The translations under genes were made by a program, and so were the position numbers. The notes beneath the pieces are model-generated. The model did no database searches. It was not told the DNA's origin and was given only the letters and a program-made list of their open reading frames with translations. Shown piece by piece: positions 17,590 through 26,918 of a stretch of DNA of 64,000 nucleotides (its first letter is position 1; each line of letters begins with the position of its first letter). Source of the DNA: an uncultured bacterium (lineage in GTDB: Bacteria; Actinomycetota; Actinomycetes; S36-B12; CAIYMF01); NCBI GenBank assembly GCA_963978055.1, contig CAXBQZ010000006.1:4204-68203 (forward strand), written 5' to 3'.

Positions 17590-18813
17590 GTGGCCACAGT
17601 TCCCGCCCCCCTTGAGGGGCTTCGCATCATCGATGTTTCGACCTATGTCGCTGGCCCCAGTGGCGCAATGACTATGGCCCAACTGGGTGCGGACGTCATA
17701 CGCGTCGACCCGATTGGTGGCGCCCCAGATGTCCGCCGACTCCCCCTGGCGCCCGGCGGCCAGAGCCTGTTCTGGGCGGGCCTGAACAAGGGCAAGAAAT
17801 CGATCGAGATCAACCTTGGATCCGATGAAGGCCGCGAACTCGTTCAGGCGCTCATTACCTCCCCTGGCCCAGACGGTGGTTTCGTCCTGACGAACTCGGT
17901 CGGGGCGAAATGGCTGGAGTACGAAGAACTTAGCAGGCTACGTGAGGACGTCATCAAGGTCTTCATCAGGGGACGCAGTGATGGCAAGGCCGCTGTCGAC
18001 TACACCATCAATGCCGAGGTCGGCATCCCCTGGCTCACGGGGCCGATCGAGAGCGGCCACCCGGTCAACCACGTGTTGCCCGCATGGGATCTGATGACGG
18101 GTGTCTACGCGGCGACCGCGGTGCTGGCAGCCGAACGGGTACGGAACCGCACGGGTCGAGGGCAGAACATCGATATCAGCCTGGCGAACGTGGCCGTGGC
18201 TACGATGGCCAATCTCGGATACACCGCCGATGTTCAGATCAATCAGAATAAGCGCGTCCGAGATGGAAACTTCCTCTATGGCGGATTCGGAATCGACTAC
18301 CAGACCGCCGACGATGTGCGCATCATGGTCGTGGCGCTCACGCCGCGACACTGGCGCAGTCTGATCGAACTGACGGGTGTTGCTGACGCAGTGGACCGAC
18401 TGCAGGAATCACTGGGCGTGAACTTCAGCATCGATGCCGACAGGTATACCCACCGACATGAACTGAACGATCTCATCCGCCCATGGTTCCAGGCACGCAG
18501 TGGTTCAGAGGCAATCACGGCCTTGGAGAAGGCCGGAGTGCTGTGGGGTCGCTACCGGACAGTGAGCGAGCTGGTCACCCAGCCTGACTCCCTGTTGCAC
18601 ACCAGCAGCCTGCTACATGAGATCGATCAGCCCGGCGTGGGCACCTACGCAGTACCCGGTCCTGTACTCGAGTTCTCCGGGTGGACAGCTGGTGAACCGA
18701 AGCCGGCCCCAATCCTCGGTGAGCACACCGATCAAATCCTCGGAACCATCCTGGGCCTGGCTGATCACGAACTTGTCGACCTGCGTCAACGAGGGGTTAT
18801 CGGCGGAGCCTGA
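17590..18813 (+). CDS. mct: Family III CoA transferase, mesaconyl-CoA C1-C4 transferase (2-methylfumaryl-CoA isomerase)-like
   Basis: Beyond the CaiB/BaiF fold it carries Mct-type segments: MAQLGADVIRVDPIGG, SLFWAGLNKGKKS, GRSDGKAAVDYTIN, PVNHVLPAWD, GNFLYGGFG, WGRYRTV, QPGVGTY, APILGEHTDQIL. Recognised from recall of Chloroflexus Mct. Confidence 0.75.
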   Translation: MATVPAPLEGLRIIDVSTYVAGPSGAMTMAQLGADVIRVDPIGGAPDVRRLPLAPGGQSLFWAGLNKGKKSIEINLGSDEGRELVQALITSPGPDGGFVLTNSVGAKWLEYEELSRLREDVIKVFIRGRSDGKAAVDYTINAEVGIPWLTGPIESGHPVNHVLPAWDLMTGVYAATAVLAAERVRNRTGRGQNIDISLANVAVATMANLGYTADVQINQNKRVRDGNFLYGGFGIDYQTADDVRIMVVALTPRHWRSLIELTGVADAVDRLQESLGVNFSIDADRYTHRHELNDLIRPWFQARSGSEAITALEKAGVLWGRYRTVSELVTQPDSLLHTSSLLHEIDQPGVGTYAVPGPVLEFSGWTAGEPKPAPILGEHTDQILGTILGLADHELVDLRQRGVIGGA

Positions 18814-19598
18814 CCACCTTGACTGGCATCGGAGGCAGCCGAGCCAAGACCGAGCAACTGACGCGCATGTTCGCGGTAGATCTCCGAGCCACGCAGATGT
18901 GGAGCCGTTGACAGCACCGTGCGACCGATGGCCGGGGCCTCTGCAAACCGCACCGAGCGCGGAATCGGTGGCTCGAGTACCGGCATCTGGTAGCGGACAC
19001 CAATATCGCTCAGCACTGCCTGCGCGTGCGTTGTGCGTCCGTCAAACATGGTGGGCAGAAAGCCGAGGACCACTAGATCAGGATTGGAGACCTGCTGGAC
19101 TTCCGTGACGGTCTCAATCACCTGACCGACACCTCGGTGCGCCAATGTCTCGCACTGCAGGGGTACCAATACCTCATGTGCGGCCGTGAGAGCGTTGACC
19201 GTGAGAATCCCAAGGGTGGGCGGGCAGTCGAGCAGCACGAGGTCGTAGTCGTCATCGATCAGCGCGAGGGCTCGCTGCAGGGTGAACACAGCATTGGATC
19301 GACCGACCAGCATCGCCTCGGACTGGGCCAGATCGATGGTGCTGGGGAGCAGATGTACACCCTCATCGGTGGAGATGATCACGGACCGAGCGGAAGCCTG
19401 CCCGGTGATGACCTCATGCACTGAACTGTCCAGATGCTCTGGGTCGATTCCGAGAGAGAAGGTCAGACAGGCCTGTGGGTCCAGATCCACCAGCAACACA
19501 CGTTGACCCAACTCTGCAAGCGCCACGCCGAGCGATGCAACAGTCGTGGTCTTGCCCACGCCACCCTTTTGGCTGGCAACGGCAATGCGACGTGCCAC
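18786..19598 (-). CDS. ParA/Soj-family ATPase (orphan, Rv3213c-like)
   Basis: QKGGVGKTT, VDLDPQ, LDCPP, PLQCE, PTMFDGRT, IPRSVRFAEAP; GGAGG RBS. Confidence 0.9.
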   Translation of the reverse strand: MARRIAVASQKGGVGKTTTVASLGVALAELGQRVLLVDLDPQACLTFSLGIDPEHLDSSVHEVITGQASARSVIISTDEGVHLLPSTIDLAQSEAMLVGRSNAVFTLQRALALIDDDYDLVLLDCPPTLGILTVNALTAAHEVLVPLQCETLAHRGVGQVIETVTEVQQVSNPDLVVLGFLPTMFDGRTTHAQAVLSDIGVRYQMPVLEPPIPRSVRFAEAPAIGRTVLSTAPHLRGSEIYREHARQLLGLGSAASDASQGGQAPPITPR

Positions 19599-19693
19599 TG
19601 GACCTCCTTCGCTGCCGGTGCAACCTCTGGTCCCACTCTAGGCAATCGCGCTGCCATGTGCAGCAACGCATCAGATGACCGTACGATGCCCCT

Positions 19694-20557
19694 GTGAGCA
19701 CACCGCCATCAGTCACATTCCCCGATTCAGTTCAACGAGTCACCTTCACCACTCGACGTGCCTCGCTGGCTGGTGTTCGGATCGATGCCGATGAGCCGCA
19801 CGGAACCGTTGTTCTGGTACCTGGATTCACTGGTTCCAAAGAGGACTTCATCGAGCTCTTCGTCCTGTTGTCGAACCTCGGTTGGACGGTTGTGTCCTAT
19901 GACCAGCTGGGCCAGCATGAGTCCGCGGGTCCTGATGATGAGAGTGCCTACACGCTGGATCTCTTCGCTCAGGACCTGCTCGATATCGTCAGCCAGTTGC
20001 CCTCAGGGCCAGTTCATCTTGTCGGCCACTCCTTCGGGGGACTGGTCAGCCGACATGCTGCCCTCATTGACCAAGGCGAACTCCTCACCTCCCTGACCCT
20101 GTTCTGCACCGGGCCGGGGCCGATCAATGTCGATCGACATGAGAATCTCAATGCGCTCGTGGGCGCTCTTCCGCACACCCCGCTGCCCATCATCTACGAG
20201 ATCATGGAAGCTGCAGACCGGGCGAGCGGCTGGGAGCCGCCAAGCCAGGAGGTTGCTGATCTTCTGCGCTCAAGATTCCTGAGCAACTCCCCACATGGTC
20301 TGCGCAGCAAGGCCTCCATCCTGCTGACGAATACCGACCGAACGGACGAACTCGCGGAGTTGGCCACATCCGGCTTTCCTGTGTTCGTTGTCTACGGTGA
20401 GGACGATGACGCCTGGCCCACCGATGAGCAGGATGCAGTGGCCGCCGCGGTTGGCCAAGCGGCCGTGGTGGTATCAGATGCCGCGCACTCCCCGAACGTT
20501 GAGAACCCTGAAACAACGGCTCAGGTGTGGAACGCACTATTTCGCTCAGTGCCGTGA
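19694..20557 (+). CDS. Alpha/beta-fold hydrolase
   Basis: LVPGFTGSKEDF, DQLGQHES, GHSFGG, GEDDDAW, AAHSPNVE. Confidence 0.9.
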   Translation: MSTPPSVTFPDSVQRVTFTTRRASLAGVRIDADEPHGTVVLVPGFTGSKEDFIELFVLLSNLGWTVVSYDQLGQHESAGPDDESAYTLDLFAQDLLDIVSQLPSGPVHLVGHSFGGLVSRHAALIDQGELLTSLTLFCTGPGPINVDRHENLNALVGALPHTPLPIIYEIMEAADRASGWEPPSQEVADLLRSRFLSNSPHGLRSKASILLTNTDRTDELAELATSGFPVFVVYGEDDDAWPTDEQDAVAAAVGQAAVVVSDAAHSPNVENPETTAQVWNALFRSVP

Positions 20558-20584
20558 GCGCAGGAGATTTCTCCCACCTCCGGT

Positions 20585-20609
20585 GTGTGAAATCCGGACA
20601 AAGTGGGTA
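20585..20609 (+). promoter_or_regulatory. Possible SigB/SigF-type promoter
   Basis: GTGT-N16-GGGTA ending 7 nt before ATG 20617; one mismatch to the GTTT-N15/17-GGGTA consensus. Confidence 0.35.
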
Positions 20610-20616
20610 GAGAGCC

Positions 20617-21042
20617 ATGGTGACGACATTTACGCTCGACCTGCGCCCCGAGCCGATGTCCGCACCCCAGGCCAGGGCCGCTATCCGTGAGTTCCTGACT
20701 GCCGCATGGCTCGGTGCCGACATCCAGTACCTCGCCACGCGAATCGATGACGCCCTGCTGGTCACAACGGAACTCGTCAGCAACGCCATCCGCCACGGAT
20801 CAGGACATGTTCACCTGCATGCAGCCGCTGATGTCGTCGATGGTGAGCCAACCGTGTGCCTTGAATGTCGTGACGACGGGCAGTGGAACGAAACCGACGT
20901 GCACTCCACCGATGAACTCGAAGACACGTTCGAAACGATCGGTGACGGGGGCCGTGGTCTGCTCATCGTTCAGGCGCTATGCAGTGAGGTGGTCATCAGC
21001 CATCAGCACCCCGGTTCACTCGTCCGAGCGTGCATCCCCTAA
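20617..21042 (+). CDS. ATP-binding protein, RsbW-like anti-sigma/Ser kinase (HATPase_c_2)
   Basis: AR.AIREFL, TELVSNAIRHG (N box), RDDG (G1), GGRGLLIVQAL (G2). Confidence 0.85.
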   Translation: MVTTFTLDLRPEPMSAPQARAAIREFLTAAWLGADIQYLATRIDDALLVTTELVSNAIRHGSGHVHLHAAADVVDGEPTVCLECRDDGQWNETDVHSTDELEDTFETIGDGGRGLLIVQALCSEVVISHQHPGSLVRACIP

Positions 21043-21050
21043 CCCCGGAA

Positions 21051-21962
21051 TCAGTCGCTGCTCACATCGGGACGATCCTCTGCCAATCCATCCCAGGGTT
21101 TGATCTCTGCTGAAGCATCCTGACCGACCGGACACCAGCGCCGATAGTCACACCATGAGCACATCGTGCTCGGTCGGGCTGGGAAGACAGCATCAATAGC
21201 CTCATGGGCCTGAACATCCCCATCCGAGGCGGGCGTCACCAGCTCGTTGAGACCGGATTTCCATCGCTCAGTTGCCTGGGCCGCCTCAGCTGCGATCTCC
21301 CCGGCCCGCTGCAAGTGGCGCTCAAGAGTTTGTGGTGAATGCTCGAATGCGGCCACAGAGATCGTCGGCAGATGATGTAGCTCAACTCTCCGGCAACGGC
21401 GGCGCAGGGTATTACTTGCCGCCACAACGTAGACAGCAAGGGCAAGGGAAGTCCGCGCATCGTCCACCGTGAGGGGACGGCGCCCGGTCTTGTAATCAAC
21501 GATCACGAGCTCGTCACCGCCATCGTCACTGGGGCGCAGATCAATCCGATCAACCCGCCCGGACAAAGCCATGGAGTGAGTTGCCTTCGAGACGGTGCGC
21601 TCCAACCCAATCGGATCAGCGTCGACATCCTGACCGCGTACGTATTCGACCGTCATATCCACTGCACTGTCACGCCATTCGCGCGACTGGGCGTCATCGC
21701 GGAACCCCTCATCGATCCATCCCGACACCACCCGCTCGGCGGCATAGTCCAAGGTGCGACGACTCGGGTCGGCGGTGAACCAGTCACGGAGTGCGTTGTG
21801 AATGCTCAGACCCACGGAGTTGTGAGCCCAAGGACCAGCCTTGGGCTTGCGGTCCAGATAGGTGAAGCGAAATTTGCGCGGACAATCAGACCAGGTGACC
21901 AATTTGGTTGGTGTACATGAGAAAAGCCGAGTCGGCATCCCATCGAGTGTGTCCTGCTCCAC
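21051..21962 (-). CDS. RecB-family PD-(D/E)XK nuclease with predicted Fe-S staple
   Basis: SDCPRKF near the N-terminus, GRVDRID, IVDYKTG, C-terminal CSWCDYRRWCP. Confidence 0.85.
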   Translation of the reverse strand: MEQDTLDGMPTRLFSCTPTKLVTWSDCPRKFRFTYLDRKPKAGPWAHNSVGLSIHNALRDWFTADPSRRTLDYAAERVVSGWIDEGFRDDAQSREWRDSAVDMTVEYVRGQDVDADPIGLERTVSKATHSMALSGRVDRIDLRPSDDGGDELVIVDYKTGRRPLTVDDARTSLALAVYVVAASNTLRRRCRRVELHHLPTISVAAFEHSPQTLERHLQRAGEIAAEAAQATERWKSGLNELVTPASDGDVQAHEAIDAVFPARPSTMCSWCDYRRWCPVGQDASAEIKPWDGLAEDRPDVSSD

Positions 21963-21990
21963 TCACCGATCCTGTCACGGATAGCGGCGC

Positions 21991-24441
21991 CTAGCCACGA
22001 ACTCGAGTGCGGTCCGGATCATAGAAGGGGCGAATGGAGAGGGTGGCCGGATACGTTCGTCCGGCGATACTCACGGTGAAGCCACCCTCAGCCAACCAAT
22101 CTGCCGTGACCCCGGGCGCCCACTCGATAGTTGCCAGACCAACTGAGCCCCCGAGAGTGTGGCCATATGCTCCGGCCAGAACATAGCCGATCCAGACTCC
22201 GTCTCGATGGACAGGTTCGGCACCCCACAGGAGTGGGTCGGGATCATCAACCAGAATGGAAACGATTCGACTGGTCTTGTCCGCGCGCTGCGCTATCAGT
22301 GCGGACTTGCCACGGAACTCGGTCGGCTTATCCCAGGCAACGGCAAAGGCGAGTCCAGCCGTCACCGGGGTATCGGTGTTCTCGATATCCACTGCAAAGT
22401 CGCGGTAACCCTTTTCGAGTCTCAGTGAGTTCATCGCTGATAATCCCACCGGCCGGAGTCCGAGATCGACCCCGGCCCCCTCCATCGTCTCCCAGACCGA
22501 CACTGCCTGATCGGAAGGGACGTACAGCTCATATCCACACTCACCCACATACGTCACATGAAGTGCCAGGAGTCGCGAGTAGCCGATCTCGACGTAGCGG
22601 GCAGTCAGATAGGGAAATGCATTTTCCGACAGATCATCCGGGCTGACTCGACTCAGCAGTTCACGTGATGCTGGTCCCTGTACGGTGAGCAGTGCATAGC
22701 CTGCAGTGACATCGGTGATAACCGCGAACTCATCCTCATGGACCTCATCGCGAAACATCTTCTCCACCCTTCGGTGTGAGATGTCCGAAACCACGAGCAG
22801 GAACTCCGCCTCGTCCAGCCTTGTCACCGTGAGATCCGCTTCTATCCCGCCCACGTCGTTGAGCCACTGTGTGTAGACAACTCGACCGATATCTCCGGAC
22901 ACATCATTGGCACTCAGACGATCGAGCACGTGTGCTGCATGTGGGCCTTGGACAATGAACTTTGACATCAGCGTCATATCGATGACGCCGACTCGTTCGC
23001 GCACCGCTCGATGCTCGTCCTCCACCCATGCACGATGCTCCCCGAACCCCCAGCCGTGCGGCTCCTGCGGAACAACGCCAGTTGGTGAGAACCACTCCGG
23101 GAACTCCCAGCCGTGTGAACAACCAAACTTGGCACCGTTGGCGGCCCAAACATCATGTAGCGGTGAGCGACGGATATTCCTCGCGGTCTTGTTCTGGAAG
23201 TTGGGAAAGCCACCATCTCCCATCAGGACACCCAACTGCTCGACGGTTCGTTCCGTCCGGAATCTCTGGGTGTTCTCGAAAGGGAATGCGCGCGCCACGT
23301 GATAGGCGGCCATATCGACAGGTGCGACCCCGTCGACGATCCAGGACGCCAGGGCGCTGCCAAGTCCGCCACCGGTGAGAATGCCGACGGAATTTAGTCC
23401 GGCCGCTGCCCACATCCCGTCGAGCTCGGGGACAGGTCCCACCATCGGCATGACGTCATGGGTAAAACTCTCCGGACCGCAGAAGAACGTACGGATCCCC
23501 GCGGTTGCAAGGGTCGGCACTCGCTCCATCGCATCGTTGAGGAATGGCGTGACTCTCTCGTAGTCGGGCGGGATCGTGCCGAAGGCGAAGTCCATTGGGG
23601 CACCCTCTGGATGCCAGGCCTTTCCCACAGGCTCGAATAATCCGACCAGCAGGCCACCACCTTCCTCGCGCAAGTATCCATAGGAGCCAGGATCTTCAAC
23701 GATCGGAAGGTCGCGATGAACTCCGTCCATCGGCTCGGTGAGCAGGTAGTAGTGCTCGGCGGCCTGCAGAGGGATATCAACTCCGGCAGCTCGTGCCAGC
23801 TGTCGGCTCCACAGCCCTGCTGCGATCACAACGTGTTCACACTCGATCTCACCCTGATCGGTGACCACCCCGGTGACTCGTCGGCCCGAGGTGACAAAGC
23901 CGGTCACGGTGACACCTTCGACGATCGATGCACCGCCCTGCTTTGCCCCCTTGGCCAGAGAGGTGGCAACCCCCACGGGATCAGCGCGACCCTCATCTGG
24001 GACGTACGAGGCGCCGAGTACGTCAGCTGTCTTCATCAGCGGCCAGAGAGTGGCAACCTCGGCTGCAGAGATCAGCTCATTGGGAACTCCATAGCCGATC
24101 TGGAAATCCCGCTCGCGGATGATGCTCTCCAGATGCGGCTGATCACATGCGATGTGCAGATGCCCGACGGGCCGAAACCCGGTTGAATGGCCGGTCTCCT
24201 CTTCGAGCCGGGCATAGAGATCGCGGGAATAGCGAGACATCCACAGTGAGGTCTCAGTGTGATAGCCCATGCTGGTGATCAGGCCTGCCGCATGCCATGT
24301 GGTGCCTGCGGTCAGTTGATGCTTCTCGAGGACCACGACATCGGTAACACCCAGTTTGGTCAGGTGATAGGCAGTTGAGCAGCCGATCACTCCACCACCG
24401 ACGATGACCACACGTGCCCTGCTGGGGATCTGGTCAACCAT
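21991..24441 (-). CDS. Second GcvT-family FAD-dependent oxidoreductase (DMG/sarcosine dehydrogenase-like)
   Basis: VGGGVIG, GTTWHAAG, CGPESFT, TYVGECGYELY, LRLEKGYR. Start ATG 24441 (alternative TTG 24456). Confidence 0.9.
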   Translation of the reverse strand: MVDQIPSRARVVIVGGGVIGCSTAYHLTKLGVTDVVVLEKHQLTAGTTWHAAGLITSMGYHTETSLWMSRYSRDLYARLEEETGHSTGFRPVGHLHIACDQPHLESIIRERDFQIGYGVPNELISAAEVATLWPLMKTADVLGASYVPDEGRADPVGVATSLAKGAKQGGASIVEGVTVTGFVTSGRRVTGVVTDQGEIECEHVVIAAGLWSRQLARAAGVDIPLQAAEHYYLLTEPMDGVHRDLPIVEDPGSYGYLREEGGGLLVGLFEPVGKAWHPEGAPMDFAFGTIPPDYERVTPFLNDAMERVPTLATAGIRTFFCGPESFTHDVMPMVGPVPELDGMWAAAGLNSVGILTGGGLGSALASWIVDGVAPVDMAAYHVARAFPFENTQRFRTERTVEQLGVLMGDGGFPNFQNKTARNIRRSPLHDVWAANGAKFGCSHGWEFPEWFSPTGVVPQEPHGWGFGEHRAWVEDEHRAVRERVGVIDMTLMSKFIVQGPHAAHVLDRLSANDVSGDIGRVVYTQWLNDVGGIEADLTVTRLDEAEFLLVVSDISHRRVEKMFRDEVHEDEFAVITDVTAGYALLTVQGPASRELLSRVSPDDLSENAFPYLTARYVEIGYSRLLALHVTYVGECGYELYVPSDQAVSVWETMEGAGVDLGLRPVGLSAMNSLRLEKGYRDFAVDIENTDTPVTAGLAFAVAWDKPTEFRGKSALIAQRADKTSRIVSILVDDPDPLLWGAEPVHRDGVWIGYVLAGAYGHTLGGSVGLATIEWAPGVTADWLAEGGFTVSIAGRTYPATLSIRPFYDPDRTRVRG

Positions 24442-24534
24442 GGTCCACCCATTCAACGAGAGTTGACTATCATTCGATAGGCAACCCTAGCAATCCGCCG
24501 AGCTGCTCGGAAGCATTTCCGGCGATCACCGTTG

Positions 24535-25647
24535 CTACAGCAGGTAGGGCTCACACCAAGTCATCGGCAACCCCTGGGCCTGACTATCGCCGAGCACGAC
24601 GGACTCCCCCGGCCCAGCATCGATCCACGACAGCATGGGCCATGCCCGGATCACGACCGGGAATGAGGTGCCGATCCGGTCCTGATAGAACTCGCGTGAC
24701 ACCTCGATCAGAGGTGCTTCGGGGGATGCCTGTCGTGCCAGCGCGGTCAGGCAGCGGTCGAACTCACGGCGCTCAGCATCGGTCAGGTACATCCACACCG
24801 ATGAATGCCAGACGACCAGTGCCGTACCCTCCTCAAGGTGGAGGGAGGCAAGATGCTCCACGAGGTCACCGCGCACGATATCTACCGGGATCTCATCCAC
24901 GAGTTTCCACGCCCCGCGGAGCCTGTCGTAGCGGTCGAGTTGATCGGGCCACAGGAATGACGTGAGATGCAGACGACCATCGGTGGTCGTCACGTCGATC
25001 GGATCCCTGTCGACTCCGACCCGCTCAATGACGTGCGGATCAGCCAGGGGTGCCGAGAGACCAACCCAGGCATCCGTCAGCGAAACGGGTGAGTCGATCG
25101 GCCCAACCTCGACCCCATCACCCGAGATCCGCAGGTGATCTGCACGCAGATGAAGACCGGCACTGGCACCACACTCATGCAGACGGATCGGCAGGTGCCA
25201 CTCTGCCGACACCATATGAAGTACCCCAGCCAGGGCGCAGGCACGTGCGATCTCGTTGGTCTGCGGTGGACCAGCCAACAATTCCGGCAGTTCGTCCTTG
25301 TGATCAACAAGAGTGGTGACGAACGCGTCGAAGCACATCTGCCGTGACCGAGCATCTGCGGGAATCGATCCGCCCACGGTCGGATAGAACAGTGACAGTG
25401 CCGGCGCTCGACGCTCGAGCACGAGTCGATGGGCCGCTGCCAACACCCGCAGCGGGACCATGTCCCCAATGCGGGACCGAGACCATGGTTCGAGAGCCTG
25501 CGTCAATGCACTAGGACGACTGAGCTCCAAGGCTGCAAACCGGCAGATGCTCTCGTAGAGGGGAGAGCCGTTGATGGCCATTGCCTCGGCCTGACGAGCG
25601 AATAGGGCACTCAGGTCAGCGACATCATCAAACTCAGCAAGAGTCAT
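24535..25647 (-). CDS. DUF2332 domain protein
   Basis: SPLY, PQTNE..R, ECGASAGLHL, GVDRDPID, L.SFLWPDQ..R..RL, HSSVWMYL. Confidence 0.8.
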   Translation of the reverse strand: MTLAEFDDVADLSALFARQAEAMAINGSPLYESICRFAALELSRPSALTQALEPWSRSRIGDMVPLRVLAAAHRLVLERRAPALSLFYPTVGGSIPADARSRQMCFDAFVTTLVDHKDELPELLAGPPQTNEIARACALAGVLHMVSAEWHLPIRLHECGASAGLHLRADHLRISGDGVEVGPIDSPVSLTDAWVGLSAPLADPHVIERVGVDRDPIDVTTTDGRLHLTSFLWPDQLDRYDRLRGAWKLVDEIPVDIVRGDLVEHLASLHLEEGTALVVWHSSVWMYLTDAERREFDRCLTALARQASPEAPLIEVSREFYQDRIGTSFPVVIRAWPMLSWIDAGPGESVVLGDSQAQGLPMTWCEPYLL

Positions 25648-25653
25648 GGCGGA

Positions 25654-26853
25654 TCAGGAGCGCTTGTAGTCCTCGAGCAGTCGGCGACCGATAATCATGC
25701 GCTGGATGTCTGCGGTTCCCTCGCCGATCATGAGCATCGGGGCCTCCCTGTAGAGACGCTCGATCTCGTACTCCTTGGCGTAGCCATAGCCTCCGTGGAT
25801 GCGGAAGGAATCCTCCACTACCTGAGTGCAGTACTCACTGGCCAGGTACTTGGCCATTCCCGCCTCGAGGTCGTTGCGCTCACCGGCGTCCTTCTTCCGG
25901 GCAGCACGGACCATCATCTGGTGCGCAGCCTCCACCTTGACCGCCATATCCGCCAGGCGGAACTGGACTGCCTGGTGATCAGCGATCTTCTTGCCGAAGG
26001 TCTCACGCTGCTGGGCGTAATCGATTCCCAGTTCGAACGCACGTAGAGCAACACCACAGGCGCGAGCGGCCACATTGACCCGGCCCACTTCGACCCCGTC
26101 CATCATCTGGTAGAAACCCCGACCAGGTGTTCCGCCCAGAATTCTGTTCTCGGGGATTCGCAGGCCATCCATGACCAGTTCGGTGGTGTCGACGCCCTTG
26201 TAGCCCATCTTCTCGATCTTGCCGGGCACTGTGAGCCCAGGCCGGACCTCACCAAAACCGGAGGGCTTTTCAACCAGGAAGGTGGTCATCTTCTTGTAGA
26301 CGCTCGACTCCGGATCAGACTCATCATCGGTGCGCACCAGCACCGCCACAAGATTCGATGAACCCCCGTTCGTAAGCCACATCTTCTGGCCTGTCAGAAC
26401 GAACTCATCGCCATCCCTGACCGCTTTTGACCGGATGGCCGCAACATCGGAACCACAGTGCGGTTCAGACATTGAGAAGGCACCGCGCACCTCACCAGCA
26501 GCCATCTGCGGAAGGAAGTACTCCTTCTGCTCATCCGTACCGTGGTGCATGAGCATGTAGGCGACGATGAAGTGAGTGTTGACGATTCCACTGACGCTCA
26601 TCCAGCCGCGAGCAATCTCTTCAATCGCGAGCGCGTAGGTGAGCAGGGACTCGCCAAGGCCGCCGTACTCTTCGGGAATCATGAGTCCGAACACACCCAT
26701 CGCCTTGAGTTGCTCGACGATCTCAGTCGGATAGATATCACCGTGCTCGAGCTCTTGAGCGTTGGGGATGATCTCCTTCTCAACAAACTCATGGACGGCA
26801 GCAAGGATCTCCCGCTGGAGTTCGGTCAAGCCCTCAGTCTGAGCCAGGCCCAT
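25654..26853 (-). CDS. Acyl-CoA dehydrogenase (resembles the methylsuccinyl-CoA dehydrogenase of the Streptomyces ccr-meaA cluster)
   Basis: PEEYGGLG, FSMSEP..GSD, GQKMWLTNG, QETFGKKI, IHGGYGY, EGTADIQR; N-terminus LAQTEGLT and adjacency to an Mcl-like lyase match that cluster from recall. Confidence 0.85.
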   Translation of the reverse strand: MGLAQTEGLTELQREILAAVHEFVEKEIIPNAQELEHGDIYPTEIVEQLKAMGVFGLMIPEEYGGLGESLLTYALAIEEIARGWMSVSGIVNTHFIVAYMLMHHGTDEQKEYFLPQMAAGEVRGAFSMSEPHCGSDVAAIRSKAVRDGDEFVLTGQKMWLTNGGSSNLVAVLVRTDDESDPESSVYKKMTTFLVEKPSGFGEVRPGLTVPGKIEKMGYKGVDTTELVMDGLRIPENRILGGTPGRGFYQMMDGVEVGRVNVAARACGVALRAFELGIDYAQQRETFGKKIADHQAVQFRLADMAVKVEAAHQMMVRAARKKDAGERNDLEAGMAKYLASEYCTQVVEDSFRIHGGYGYAKEYEIERLYREAPMLMIGEGTADIQRMIIGRRLLEDYKRS

Positions 26854-26918
26854 CGTGCGTTCCTCTCATCTGTACGTCCCGCAAGTGTCTACCAAAGAGC
26901 ATCGAGCCGCAGGTCGAA

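Noticed and set aside
21051-21962. Interpretation as a CRISPR-associated cas4
   Set aside because: There is no repeat-spacer array and no cas1, cas2 or effector gene anywhere in the window.
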